The notes beneath the pieces are model-generated. The model did no database searches, was not told the DNA's origin, and was given only the letters and a program-made list of their open reading frames with translations. This document shows, piece after piece, positions 1 through 10,032 of a DNA stretch of 64,000 nucleotides. How positions within the stretch are numbered: position 1 is the stretch's first letter; each line of letters begins with the position of its first letter. Source of the stretch: Candidatus Cloacimonadales bacterium (lineage in GTDB: Bacteria; Cloacimonadota; Cloacimonadia; Cloacimonadales; JAIOQZ01); the NCBI GenBank assembly GCA_963662655.2, contig CAXXTU010000002.1, forward strand, positions 3,488,001 through 3,552,000, written 5' to 3'. Made by a program: the position numbers and the translations under genes.

Positions 1-1022
1 GCGATCTGGACGGCATTTGCGATAATGCCAACCGCACAACTCTTTTGGCACTCGTGGCAGCGGAAGAAGCGATCAAACAAGCCGGATTGACCCACGATTT
101 GATTCGGAGCAAGCGTATCGGCGTTTGCATGGGGACTACGGTCGGTTGCACGTTGAGCAACGAACCGTTTTATCGCGAGTTCAAAGCAGGCTCCAAGCCC
201 GATCTGGCCCCCATCCATCGCTATCTCAGCAACAATCCCGCCGAATATATCGCCCACAAGTACGGCATGAAAGGCCCCATCGCGACCATCGCCAACGCCT
301 GTTCTTCCGGAACGGACGCGATTGGCATGGCGAAGGGATGGATTCGGAACGGGCATTGCGATATCGCCATTGCGGGTGGAGTGGATGCGCTATCACGTAT
401 CACATACTTGGGATTCATCTCGCTTCTGATCACCTCAACGCAGGCTTGCAGGCCGTTCGATAGGGACCGTACCGGACTCAACCTCGGAGAAGGCGCGGGA
501 ATCGTCGTGATCGAGCATCCCGATTCGGCCCGAGAACGGGGCGCGAAGTCCTACGCCGAATGCGTCGGCTTCGGATGCAACGCGGATTCCTATCACCCCA
601 CAGCGCCTCATCCCGAAGGCGTAGGCTTGATCAACGCCATCAACAGAGCGCTCTCCGAAGCGGGAATCGGCGCGGACAAGATCGGATTCATCAACGCGCA
701 TGGCACTTCCACGCCGGACAACGATAAAACCGAAGGCAAGGTGATCGCGAAGATGTACAAGCCGGGAACCCCAGCCGTCTCCACGAAGGCTTACACGGGA
801 CACACGCTGGGCGCGGCCGGCGGTATCGAGGCGATTTTCACGATCCGTTCGTTGATGGACGGTATGGTGGCCCCGACAGCCGGATTCGAAGAGGTCGATC
901 CCGAATGCGTTATCGCTCCCACGACCTGCCTCACGCAAATCGACGCGGAGTACGCGATATCCCATTCTCTGGCTTTTGGCGGCAACAACTCGGCGCTCAT
1001 TTTCCGGAGGAGCAATTCATGA
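1..1022 (+). CDS. beta-ketoacyl-ACP synthase (FabF/KS family), 5'-truncated by window edge
   Basis: Catalytic motifs NACSSG, NAHGTST, KAYTGHTLGAAG and C-terminal SLAFGGNN; the frame runs in from the window edge. Confidence 0.9.
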   Translation, partial: DLDGICDNANRTTLLALVAAEEAIKQAGLTHDLIRSKRIGVCMGTTVGCTLSNEPFYREFKAGSKPDLAPIHRYLSNNPAEYIAHKYGMKGPIATIANACSSGTDAIGMAKGWIRNGHCDIAIAGGVDALSRITYLGFISLLITSTQACRPFDRDRTGLNLGEGAGIVVIEHPDSARERGAKSYAECVGFGCNADSYHPTAPHPEGVGLINAINRALSEAGIGADKIGFINAHGTSTPDNDKTEGKVIAKMYKPGTPAVSTKAYTGHTLGAAGGIEAIFTIRSLMDGMVAPTAGFEEVDPECVIAPTTCLTQIDAEYAISHSLAFGGNNSALIFRRSNS

Positions 1023-2020
1023 AATTATCCATACTTGGAATCGGCCCGGTATGCGCACTCGGCTCCGGGATGGAATCCTTCAAATCGGGCTTGCGCGGAG
1101 AGCGACAGCCGAGAATAGAATTTGAAACCGTCGAACCTGCGTCGGGAGCAAAGCAACTACCGGTTTACAAACCCATTGTGGAGCGTATGGCGGAGTTTAT
1201 ACAGCCACGGGCTCTCAGGCGTCTGGACGATTTTTCCCGCATCGCGCTTCTTTCCGCATACCTCGCGGTGGAAGACGCCGGCGTGGAATTTCCCGATTTA
1301 TCCAGAGTCGGCATTATTTTTGGATCGGGGCATGGTCCCGTCCGTACGACTTTCCGGTTTCTGGACAGCTACATCGAGGACGGCGATAAAGTGGCCTCGC
1401 CGATGCATTTCGTGAATTCGGTGCACAACGCCGTTTCCTCCCAAACCTCGATCTTCATGGGAATCAAGGGTCCCTGCCAGACGATATCCTGCTTCGGTCA
1501 TACGGCGGCCGCGGTGTTTTCCGCCGCTTCCGATTGGCTGGAAACTGGACTGGTGGACTACGTTCTTGCCGGCCTTGGCGAGGAATACTGTGATCTGATG
1601 GGTTACTCGCTTGCCTCCATGAAAGCGCATCCGGCCACGGAGATGCATCCGGAAGATTTTTCGCGATGCAGCTTTCTTCCCGGCGAAGGGCATGTGGCAT
1701 TCCTGCTCGGCAGGGAAGATGTCCCCGGGAGATGCAAGATCAACCGCGCTCAGCTTCGTTGCGCACCGGAGGACGCCATTCTCGAGGAATCGGCCGTGTT
1801 CACGGCGGATGGGAACCCCGAGAGCGGCAAGGTGTTTGCGAAGCTTGCGGGTAAGGTCAAAGACTACGATATTTTCACGCAGTACTGGGGCGGAATGCCC
1901 ACGGGAATCGGTTTCGATCTGGCAGCGGCTTCGTTGAAATGCGGTGAAGCTTCCGGCGCGATATCCTGCTGTGAGTATTGCGGTAACGGTGAGATCAATG
2001 TCTATTCGCTTACGCGCTAA
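1019..2020 (+). CDS. beta-ketoacyl synthase chain-length-factor-like protein
   Basis: ATG 1019 overlaps the KS stop (ATGA); KS N-terminal fold (GIGPVCALG, RRLDDFSR, SPMHFVNSVHNA); lacks ACSS and the His motifs. Confidence 0.75.
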   Translation: MKLSILGIGPVCALGSGMESFKSGLRGERQPRIEFETVEPASGAKQLPVYKPIVERMAEFIQPRALRRLDDFSRIALLSAYLAVEDAGVEFPDLSRVGIIFGSGHGPVRTTFRFLDSYIEDGDKVASPMHFVNSVHNAVSSQTSIFMGIKGPCQTISCFGHTAAAVFSAASDWLETGLVDYVLAGLGEEYCDLMGYSLASMKAHPATEMHPEDFSRCSFLPGEGHVAFLLGREDVPGRCKINRAQLRCAPEDAILEESAVFTADGNPESGKVFAKLAGKVKDYDIFTQYWGGMPTGIGFDLAAASLKCGEASGAISCCEYCGNGEINVYSLTR

Positions 2021-2645
2021 TCTGATCGTCCTCTGCTTGATGCTGGTGGCCATTCTCGGAGGACTGGGTACCGATGAGCTTTTCCGGCAGTTCCAGGAGA
2101 ATACAGCGAATCGTACCGGTTTCACGGCGAACTTCGAACAAGTACGCCACGTTTCTCTTTTCATGGACGAGCTTCGCGCCGAGGGAAAATGTTGGTTCGA
2201 GAAGCCCGACAAACTCCGATGGGAGATTACCTCTCCGTACCAGAGCATCATGATATACAATGATGGCGAGATGGGGCGGTTCGAGCTCCGCGACGGTGAG
2301 TGGCGTGAAATGGATACGGGCGCAAAAGACATGATGGGCGCGGTTCTCGGGCAGATTTCGGCCTGGATGGAAGGGGACTTCGAGCAGGCTTCGCAGATGT
2401 ACGGGATAACCCTCCGGGAGGAAGAGAATCCCGTGGTAGTTCTGGAACCGGCGAATCAGGAACTCCGCGATTTGATCCACTCGATCGAGCTTACGATCGA
2501 TCGAAGAGTATGGGGAATAACCAGCGTCAAGATTCGAGAGAATGAAGGTGACTATGTCATGATCCAGTTCACGGGGCAAATCGATAATCCGAAGATCGAT
2601 CCCAGGATTTTCGATCCCGACCATCCCACGACTTCCCATGAATAG
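1998..2645 (+). CDS. LolA-like outer-membrane lipoprotein carrier fold protein
   Basis: Signal peptide then FTANFEQVR...GKCWFEKPDKLRWEITSPY pattern typical of LolA-like proteins. Confidence 0.8.
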   Translation: MSIRLRANLIVLCLMLVAILGGLGTDELFRQFQENTANRTGFTANFEQVRHVSLFMDELRAEGKCWFEKPDKLRWEITSPYQSIMIYNDGEMGRFELRDGEWREMDTGAKDMMGAVLGQISAWMEGDFEQASQMYGITLREEENPVVVLEPANQELRDLIHSIELTIDRRVWGITSVKIRENEGDYVMIQFTGQIDNPKIDPRIFDPDHPTTSHE

Positions 2646-3336
2646 AATTCTCACGCTCTGCTTTGTATTCCTTGCCTTGATCGCTTGCAGCAATACACGT
2701 TATTTACAACCCAATCCGTACGAAAACCCTGACCTGAAACGACGATACATCGATGTCGCCGAAAACCGGTTTCCGGCCAGCTTCACATCTCAGCAGCGAA
2801 TCGTGCTAAGCGTTGGAAGCAAGGAGTATGATTTCATCGGATTTCTGGCTGTCCGGGGCGATTCGATACGCGCTGTCGCGATGAATGAATTCGGCGGCAA
2901 GATGTTCGACCTTCTGGATAACGGTTCGACCGTTTCCCTGCTTACCAATGCACCGAAATTGCCGGAAAATCCCATCATCGAGGGTGTCGCCGGCGACCTC
3001 AGGTTATGTTTTCGTGCGCTCCCGGCAAGCAAGTACAAGCTGGGCCTGATGGGCCTTGAACCGGTGTTGACGGGCGTCGATAGCAGGGGTGCAGTCAGGC
3101 TGTTCGAGTTCTCGAATCAGGAGAAGCAGACGGTTCATTTGATCGAGGTCGTGAAAGGGGAAAAGATACGTGAGGCGAACATCCGCTTCAAACAGGATTA
3201 CCGTGAGCCGGTGCAGATCGAGGTTGTCAATCACAAGTGGCATTACAGCATGAATATACAGGTTCTTAAAATCGAAGACACATTACCGGACGAGAAGCTT
3301 TTCGAGAACACCAAGGCCAAACGGAGCGAGCGGTGA
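2638..3336 (+). CDS. Lipoprotein, DUF3261-like (pigment-cluster associated)
   Basis: Lipobox LIAC; RAVAMNEFGGKMFDL segment; position between LolA-like and MMPL genes. Confidence 0.55.
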   Translation: MNRILTLCFVFLALIACSNTRYLQPNPYENPDLKRRYIDVAENRFPASFTSQQRIVLSVGSKEYDFIGFLAVRGDSIRAVAMNEFGGKMFDLLDNGSTVSLLTNAPKLPENPIIEGVAGDLRLCFRALPASKYKLGLMGLEPVLTGVDSRGAVRLFEFSNQEKQTVHLIEVVKGEKIREANIRFKQDYREPVQIEVVNHKWHYSMNIQVLKIEDTLPDEKLFENTKAKRSER

Positions 3337-5735
3337 GGAGAGCGCTTTTCTTTGCATCGATCATCGTCCTGAGCGTGTTACTGGGATACTCGGCTTCCGG
3401 TATACGTTTTGACGAAGATGTGATGAACCTCCTTCCCGACGGCGACCACGAGATTGCCCGTCTGAGGACTCTACTCAGCCAGTTCGGGTTCTCCAACCGA
3501 GCGCTGTTCCTGGTGGAGGCGACGCAGGGAGATGAACCGCCTTTCGCGATCGCCGATTCTCTGGCACGGCGATTGAAGGCGAGTACGCAGTTCACGGATG
3601 TTCAGGCCCGGTGGGACTTAAAGCAACTCCAGGATGCGCTGGACTTTCTACGGGAGCATCGCGCAGCCATTCTTGATGAAAGCGACATGGAAGAAATCCG
3701 TGAGCGTTTCGCGCGGGAATCGATCCGAACGCGTCTGGACGAGTGGAAGAAGGCGTTAACGATGTCCTTCGATCCATTTTCGGCAAAGCAAATGGCGAGG
3801 GATCCGCTCGGGCTGGACAGTCTCTTGACGGTCAAGCTTCAGATCATGCAGTCCGGCGGAATCAAGGTTATAAACGGATGGCTGATAACACCGGACAATC
3901 GGGGGATTCTGGTCACCGCTCAGCCTGTTTCCAGCGGAACGGACAATACTTCGGCCATAGAGATGGTGAAGGAGATGGATGAAGCGATTGCCCAACTAGG
4001 CTCGATAGCTCCCGATGTGCGCATAAGCTGGCTTGCAGGGCACCGTTTCACAGCCGAGAACGCAAGCCGCATCAAGCGGGACGTCTCGCTCACGGTAACC
4101 ATTTCGCTGATCATGATTATTCTTCTTTCGATTCTGGTGTATCGAAGGCTGTACTTTATCCTGCTTACGCTTGTGCCGGCGCTATTCGGCTCCCTGGCCG
4201 CGCTCGGGATCACGAGGGTTTTCATACCGCAGATTTCGGCTGTCATCGCCGGAACGGGAGCGATGCTCATCGGAATTGCGGTTGACTACGGGATTCATCT
4301 GCTCTACCACATCGATGGTTCGGAAAAGATCGAGCGTCGTGAGATTGGTGACGTTGTCCGTCATCTGCGAAAGCCGCTTTTCTTGGGAGCTGGGACAACT
4401 CTGGCAGCGTTTCTGGCGCTGCAATTCAGCATTCTTCCCGTTTACCGGCATCTGGGGATTTTTGTGGGTGTTGGAATAACAGCTTCAGCGCTTTTTACGG
4501 TGTATGTCTTGCCGGAGCTGATCAAAGGCGGAGGCGTTGCGCGCAAGCCACTGGTGGGGCTCGAATCTGCATTCACCAGTCTTTTCCGCCAAACGGACAA
4601 GCTCGGTTTGTGGCTGTGGATACCGATTGCGGCAATATCATTGTTGCTTCTTCCGGGTTTTCTTCGCGTACGATTGGAGGGGGACCTGCAATCGTTAAAC
4701 GCTACCTCGCAGAGGCTTGCGGAAGACTGGGCGATCATCCAGGACCGATTCTCTGGTGTCACGCCTTCGACGCTGATCGCAGTCAGCCGGGAGAATACGC
4801 AGGAAGCGCTGGATGAAAACCTTCAGCTGCAAGCTTTCCTCCATACATTGCAGGCAAATGGCGAGCTTCAGTCGGTTCGATCCATCGCTGCTCTAATGCC
4901 CTCACGGTCCAGACAGCAAGAAAACATTTTACGTTGGCATACGTTTTTCAGTGACCGTGAATTGATGCGTATTCGTGCGGATTTTCAGGCGATTAGCGAT
5001 GAATTGAGGATCAACGCAAAGGTGTTCGATTCCTTTTTAATAGCATTGGAGCGTTCGACGGAGAGCTTCGGATACAAGGATATCCGCTCGGGCTTGCTCA
5101 GGCAGATGATTTCGGGATATTTCATCGAGAGCGAGGCGGAGACGACGGTGATAACCGGTGTTGAAGCGCCAGGAGATGTCGAGTCGCTTTACGAGAAGGT
5201 GGAAACACGATTTAGCGATGCGGTGATTTACAATGGTCAGGCGTTTATCCAGCGCGTAACGCGAACGATTTACCACGAACTCGCGAAGATCAGTATCGCC
5301 GCGCTTGTCTGCGTCTCGCTGTTCATGCTGATTTTCGGCGGTAAGCGAGGGAGGTCGTTCCTGTTGCTTCTACCGCTTCTGGTGACACTTTACTGGACTT
5401 TTGGGATTTTAGGAACTCTGGGGATTTCCGTAAACCTGATCAACTGCATTGTCTCGATCTTCATTTTCGGACTGGTCATCGATTACTGCATTTTTCTTGC
5501 GGAATCCACGACGAACAACGAAAGCAGCCGGTATCGGGTGCGTTCGGGTGGGGCGATTCTTGTATCAGCGTTAACGACCATGTTTGCTCTGGGCTCGCTT
5601 GTGCTGGCGCATCATCCCGCGCTGCATTCGCTTGGGCTTACAGCGCTTATCGGCATATCAAGTGGGTTGATTTCCGTTTTTCTGCTCGTTCCCATCCTTT
5701 TCAGGAGCAGGGGAGAGGATTCTTCCTGCCGGTGA
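3333..5735 (+). CDS. MMPL/RND-family lipid exporter
   Basis: 800 aa with two (TM + periplasmic loop + 5 TM) halves; GIAVDYGIH and GLVIDYCIF motifs. Confidence 0.9.
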   Translation: MRRALFFASIIVLSVLLGYSASGIRFDEDVMNLLPDGDHEIARLRTLLSQFGFSNRALFLVEATQGDEPPFAIADSLARRLKASTQFTDVQARWDLKQLQDALDFLREHRAAILDESDMEEIRERFARESIRTRLDEWKKALTMSFDPFSAKQMARDPLGLDSLLTVKLQIMQSGGIKVINGWLITPDNRGILVTAQPVSSGTDNTSAIEMVKEMDEAIAQLGSIAPDVRISWLAGHRFTAENASRIKRDVSLTVTISLIMIILLSILVYRRLYFILLTLVPALFGSLAALGITRVFIPQISAVIAGTGAMLIGIAVDYGIHLLYHIDGSEKIERREIGDVVRHLRKPLFLGAGTTLAAFLALQFSILPVYRHLGIFVGVGITASALFTVYVLPELIKGGGVARKPLVGLESAFTSLFRQTDKLGLWLWIPIAAISLLLLPGFLRVRLEGDLQSLNATSQRLAEDWAIIQDRFSGVTPSTLIAVSRENTQEALDENLQLQAFLHTLQANGELQSVRSIAALMPSRSRQQENILRWHTFFSDRELMRIRADFQAISDELRINAKVFDSFLIALERSTESFGYKDIRSGLLRQMISGYFIESEAETTVITGVEAPGDVESLYEKVETRFSDAVIYNGQAFIQRVTRTIYHELAKISIAALVCVSLFMLIFGGKRGRSFLLLLPLLVTLYWTFGILGTLGISVNLINCIVSIFIFGLVIDYCIFLAESTTNNESSRYRVRSGGAILVSALTTMFALGSLVLAHHPALHSLGLTALIGISSGLISVFLLVPILFRSRGEDSSCR

Positions 5736-5754
5736 CGGACGTGGCATCTTCGCC

Positions 5755-5900
5755 CGATCCCCCTTTGCCGCGGGGATATACCACACCCAATTATCCACTA
5801 ACATGATTTCGAGGAATGAAATCACAGCGTTCATGATTTCGTTTAGACTACGTCAAAGCCGAAAATTGGCTGTGGAACACCCCGCGGCAAAGCGGGATCG
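5755..5900. repeat. Intergenic element bounded by ~37-bp imperfect inverted repeats (MITE/REP-like)
   Basis: CGATCCCCCTTTGCCGCGGGG (5755-5775) matches the reverse complement of 5880-5900 at 20/21; pairing continues inward via CCACA/TGTGG and CCAATT/AATTGG. Confidence 0.7.
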
Positions 5901-5936
5901 AACCAATCTGCTCGCGTCCTCGTTGAGATAACGTTT

Positions 5937-7178
5937 TTAGAATTGGGTAATAGCCCAGGGTTTCTCGGGCAGTCCGAACAACTTCTTCAGCAGCGCTTCG
6001 CTATTGGGATTTTGTTTTCCGCAAAGACCGAATGCAAGGCATTTATCGATAGAGATTGCACCAACCATGAGCGACGAGAAGTTCTGGATCGTCATTTCCA
6101 GGGTGGCATCGACTTTTCGTTCTTTGGCGATCGCCGGTTTGCCTGCTTCCCAACGGACAGCTAATCTTGTTTTCGCTCCCGGAAGAAAATCGTCCTCGAT
6201 GCGGAACCTTATGGCGCAATCGACATTCTGCCAAGGGTAATGCATGATTGCTTGTGGGACGTCCATCACCCGGTACATGAATCCCATACCTGTCTGATAG
6301 GTCTCGTGATAGACCGGCATCACGAGTTCTCGGCTCGTGTGACGCGGGTCCGCCATCAGGTGAAGCAGGCTCTCGTCGAACATGGGGAGCAGAATCTCGT
6401 TGATCTGGTCGAGTTGCGCTTGCAGGAATCCAAGGATTCCGCGCAGAGATTCCGTGTTCTCGTATACCAGCGCGTAGATTTTGATGTCGTTGGTAAGGGG
6501 ATTCTTGCCCACTTTCTCGAATCCGAAGATCGCGTATGCTGTGATCTTGCTTCCCTTGCGGTAACCGATCCAGCGAATCACGGGATTCTTCAGGTCCTTC
6601 TCGAAGTCGTACCGTTGCTGACGGATCATCCCGTGGCGCATCTTCAGCACGCGTTCGTAGCAATTTTGAACGGCTGTCAGATTGTTGATCGAGAGGAACT
6701 CGACGTTGTCGCGGAGATCGGATGCAGGAAGTTGTTCAGGCCTCAAGCGGAAGAAGTGCTGCAGGATTCCGTGACCGTAGCCCATCTTGTAATAGAAGTC
6801 GGGACGGAAGGGATAGAGGATGGAAATGGCGGTTTTCTTTCCGACACAATATTGATGATACCAGGCAAGCATGTCACGCGCGACCTTCTTCTTCTTCTGC
6901 AGAAGATCCACGGCCACCAGTCCGATACCGGTTACAGGAATGATCTTTCCGTGGAAATTCATCTCGAAATCAAAGATGCGCATTCCGCCCATCAACATGC
7001 CATCGTCGAACAGACCGTACATGCGCTTGTTCGGACATTCGTCCTGTTCCTTGATCAACATCTCACGAAATCGCTTGCGCCTGTCGGGAGCATCGATAGC
7101 CCAACCTGGATACGCGTTGCGCGTGATTCCTTCAAATTGCTCGATCTCACTTGCTTCGAGTTTGCGTACGACTCTCAT
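5937..7178 (-). CDS. Eis-like GNAT acetyltransferase with C-terminal SCP2-like domain
   Basis: GIGLVAVD...SILYPFRPDFYYKMGYG motif; likely start MRVVRK at 7178 after AAGGAAGG. Confidence 0.85.
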   Translation of the reverse strand: MRVVRKLEASEIEQFEGITRNAYPGWAIDAPDRRKRFREMLIKEQDECPNKRMYGLFDDGMLMGGMRIFDFEMNFHGKIIPVTGIGLVAVDLLQKKKKVARDMLAWYHQYCVGKKTAISILYPFRPDFYYKMGYGHGILQHFFRLRPEQLPASDLRDNVEFLSINNLTAVQNCYERVLKMRHGMIRQQRYDFEKDLKNPVIRWIGYRKGSKITAYAIFGFEKVGKNPLTNDIKIYALVYENTESLRGILGFLQAQLDQINEILLPMFDESLLHLMADPRHTSRELVMPVYHETYQTGMGFMYRVMDVPQAIMHYPWQNVDCAIRFRIEDDFLPGAKTRLAVRWEAGKPAIAKERKVDATLEMTIQNFSSLMVGAISIDKCLAFGLCGKQNPNSEALLKKLFGLPEKPWAITQF

Positions 7179-7394
7179 TTTTCCTTCCTTACTTTCTTTT
7201 CGTTGCCCTGAAACCATATGCGAAGTCTGCACGACCGGCAGATTCTTGTCAAAGAGAAACCAAATGCGCTCGCAATAAGGGTGGGTGGGAACGCTTGCGC
7301 CTTGGAAGGCAATTTGCCCTCTCTTTTCCCCAGCAAATTGCATTACAAAGCGCAAGCGGGACCTCATAAAAACGAGTGCATTTGGTTTCTCATG

Positions 7395-7424
7395 AAAAAA
7401 GCCGCCTCAGTCGAAGCGGCTTTT
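7395..7424 (-). terminator. Intrinsic terminator (possibly bidirectional)
   Basis: AAAAAA-GCCGC-10 nt-GCGGC-TTTT just downstream of the 7442..9577 gene. Confidence 0.8.
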
Positions 7425-7441
7425 ATAGATTAACCGGTTTG

Positions 7442-9577
7442 CTATTTCATCAAGACCATTTTCTGGGTCTTGGTCGTGTTGCCTGCTTCGAGTTTGTAGA
7501 AGTAAACACCACTGGAAACAGCTTTACCGCTGTTGTCTTTACCGTTCCAAACAACCGTGTTGCTCCCCTGGTCGGCCTGGCCGTTGAAGAGGGTTTTGAT
7601 CTTCTGGCCGCGGATGTTGTATACGCTCAGGTTCGCGTTCATCTTCTGAGGAAGGCTGAAGCTGATGCTTGTTTCCGGGTTGAAAGGATTCGGGAAGTTC
7701 TGGTCGAGCGTTACAACCTGGCTAGCGCTTGGAATGCTGTTGTCGTCGGCATCCAAACCGAATTCGATATCGAGCGCCATGTACGTAACGCTACCACCGT
7801 TGTTGTCGCCAATATTGTTCTGTGCATACGATCCGAAGCTGTTGTCGTTGAAGTACAGCACGTGCAGCTTGCCGTGGCCTTCGCCCAAGTCTTCGATCAC
7901 ATCGCCAACATAGAGATAGCATGGAATCTGATCGTCGAGCTGCTGAACATAGTTGCCGTCGGGATCGGTTGCGAGAGCGTTCATGATGATCGGATCGCTC
8001 CAAGTCGTACCGTGGTCACTGGAAATGGCAATCATGATTTCAGGTTTGTCGGCCCAATCGACGTAATCCTCGGCTCCATACTCGTGGTAGAGATATTCCT
8101 TGGTTCCGTCCGACCATATTGCCGCCATCCAGCCATTGTCTTCATTGTAGGCAACCTTGAAGTAATTTTCGTGGAAAGCCTGCTCCGTATCGTAATAGAA
8201 GATCGGGAAGCATCTTTCCGAGACAACGCCACCGGTATCTTCGTAAAATTCGTCCACTACACCGTCTTCATTGGCGTCCCACGGCAAGAACGGCAGGCCG
8301 TCATTCGGAGTGGCGCTTTTCGGGAAAAGGTCGTAGCTGTAGAATTCATCGGTGTTGTTATCGAATATGAAGCTGCGCATCTGATGGAAGTCGGGCCAGT
8401 ATTTCAAATCTTCGCCTACATAACCCTGTAATGCGTAAGGCGCCTGGAAGTGAAGGCGGTTCTGAGCATCCCAGATTACATCCATGTGTCCCGCAAAAGA
8501 GAAAGAGAAGAAAAGCCCGGATGCGTCAGTTGGCCAGGTCGTGCCGTCTTGGTTTTGTGGACTTTCCACATACATTTCGGAGTTGACCGCGTGGAATTCC
8601 CACTCGCCTTCGCAGAAGTTCTCGTTGATCAATACGAAGAAATCGGGATCGTCTTCCACGAAGTAATCTTCGCCACCGGCAAGGTGACCGAAGATCGCGA
8701 ATTTTCCGTCCATTGTGCAGTCAGCGGAGAAGAACGGGCGCATCCAATCCGGATCGGCATTCCATTCGTCCATTTTAGGGATGGTAATGTATTGCCAGTC
8801 AAGAGTCGGGAATGTACCGGATTCGATATCCATTGTTGAATAATCGACAAACGCGATCATCACGTTTTCGGATGGATTGTCGGCAGTTGAATGAGCCGTG
8901 TGGTTGTTGCCCAGAACATAGACACGGTGCTTCCCATCCTGATCGAAGCTCGGCGCTTTGCTGATGTACACATACGGCCAGATGAATTCGTCGTCTTCGA
9001 ATGGAGGTTCAATTGGCATTGAATCCCAGTCGCTGTTTCTGATTACGACATAAGGGCTGCTCAAGAGGCCGGGCGAGCCGAGAAGATGCCATACGTCCAT
9101 TCCGAACGCGACATCATAAAGTGTACCCACACCGGATTCCAGATGCCACGCATAGAATGGGTCCTGGGTTGCCGGGTCGAGATCGATACCGATATAGCCT
9201 TCGTACACGTCGGTTTGACCGATGTAGTTGGTCGAGTTGATGGTGCCGTCCGGTTCAATGTAGGTAATGAAGGAACGGCGCTCGGCCGCTGCGGTTTCCT
9301 GTCCGTGGAACGCGATATAGACACCGCCGTCTTCCTGAACCTGAACTGGGTTTTCATTATAGCTACCCATCATGTAATCGAAGAAAGATGTCTGAATTGC
9401 TTCCGGTTCGGTAATAAAAGACCACACAGGCACTTCACGCGTTCTTGTGTGACTTGCAGAATAAACGGTTGCTTGTTCGAATCGAGCTTCTTTTTGAGGT
9501 CCAGCCTGCATTGCGTCTGCAAAAAGCATACAACTGAAAATTATAAGAAGCATCGAAATTCCCAAAACTCGTTTCAT
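7442..9577 (-). CDS. Secreted acidic protein with T9SS type A / FlgD-Ig C-terminal sorting domain
   Basis: Signal peptide; Asp-box SSDHGTTW; C-terminus LDQNFPNPFNPETSISF...YNIRGQ...WNGKD...SGVYFYKL...KMVLMK. Confidence 0.85.
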   Translation of the reverse strand: MKRVLGISMLLIIFSCMLFADAMQAGPQKEARFEQATVYSASHTRTREVPVWSFITEPEAIQTSFFDYMMGSYNENPVQVQEDGGVYIAFHGQETAAAERRSFITYIEPDGTINSTNYIGQTDVYEGYIGIDLDPATQDPFYAWHLESGVGTLYDVAFGMDVWHLLGSPGLLSSPYVVIRNSDWDSMPIEPPFEDDEFIWPYVYISKAPSFDQDGKHRVYVLGNNHTAHSTADNPSENVMIAFVDYSTMDIESGTFPTLDWQYITIPKMDEWNADPDWMRPFFSADCTMDGKFAIFGHLAGGEDYFVEDDPDFFVLINENFCEGEWEFHAVNSEMYVESPQNQDGTTWPTDASGLFFSFSFAGHMDVIWDAQNRLHFQAPYALQGYVGEDLKYWPDFHQMRSFIFDNNTDEFYSYDLFPKSATPNDGLPFLPWDANEDGVVDEFYEDTGGVVSERCFPIFYYDTEQAFHENYFKVAYNEDNGWMAAIWSDGTKEYLYHEYGAEDYVDWADKPEIMIAISSDHGTTWSDPIIMNALATDPDGNYVQQLDDQIPCYLYVGDVIEDLGEGHGKLHVLYFNDNSFGSYAQNNIGDNNGGSVTYMALDIEFGLDADDNSIPSASQVVTLDQNFPNPFNPETSISFSLPQKMNANLSVYNIRGQKIKTLFNGQADQGSNTVVWNGKDNSGKAVSSGVYFYKLEAGNTTKTQKMVLMK

Positions 9578-10032
9578 AAATCCTCCTGTTCATGGAAAGT
9601 TGACATATCTGGAACCGTGAACAAGAAAATATCCAGAGCTGGTATAGATAAGAAACAAGAGAAGCGATTAAATGTCAAATGAAAAATTCAATGTAATGCC
9701 GATTTTAATTTTTCAGTTCGCATTCTTACGGAAGACTATTCGGTGTCTTCTTGAAAATTATCTCCAATCGCAAGTTCTGTAACGATAATTATGATAACAG
9801 AATAGGGTGCATGTCACGCTTGCGGGGAAGATGCTCGATCTCTGTTTTCTGAACAATGATTGCGAGCGATATTCATTTCCATGGATTCTTATCAAGGAGA
9901 TTGGGTAATCGTTTTCCTAAGGCGTTGCCGATAACCGGATCGAGAAAAGTCCGGGAAAGGATATTTGTTTCCTTGCTTGACATTAAATCTCCGGCGGCTA
10001 TGAATGGAACATCCATATAACTAGGAGTAATT

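Noticed and set aside
7179..7367. N-terminal extensions in the ORF track (GNAT; also 11210, 16786, 26841, 27719, 52311, 59748)
   Set aside because: Downstream starts have better RBS or signal-peptide context, and the extensions overlap promoters or neighbouring genes
9886..9960. TTCTTATCAAG upstream of purA, resembling the start of a SAM-I riboswitch; purine riboswitch also considered
   Set aside because: The remaining SAM-I and purine aptamer consensus and closing helix are absent, and it lies upstream of the likely promoter
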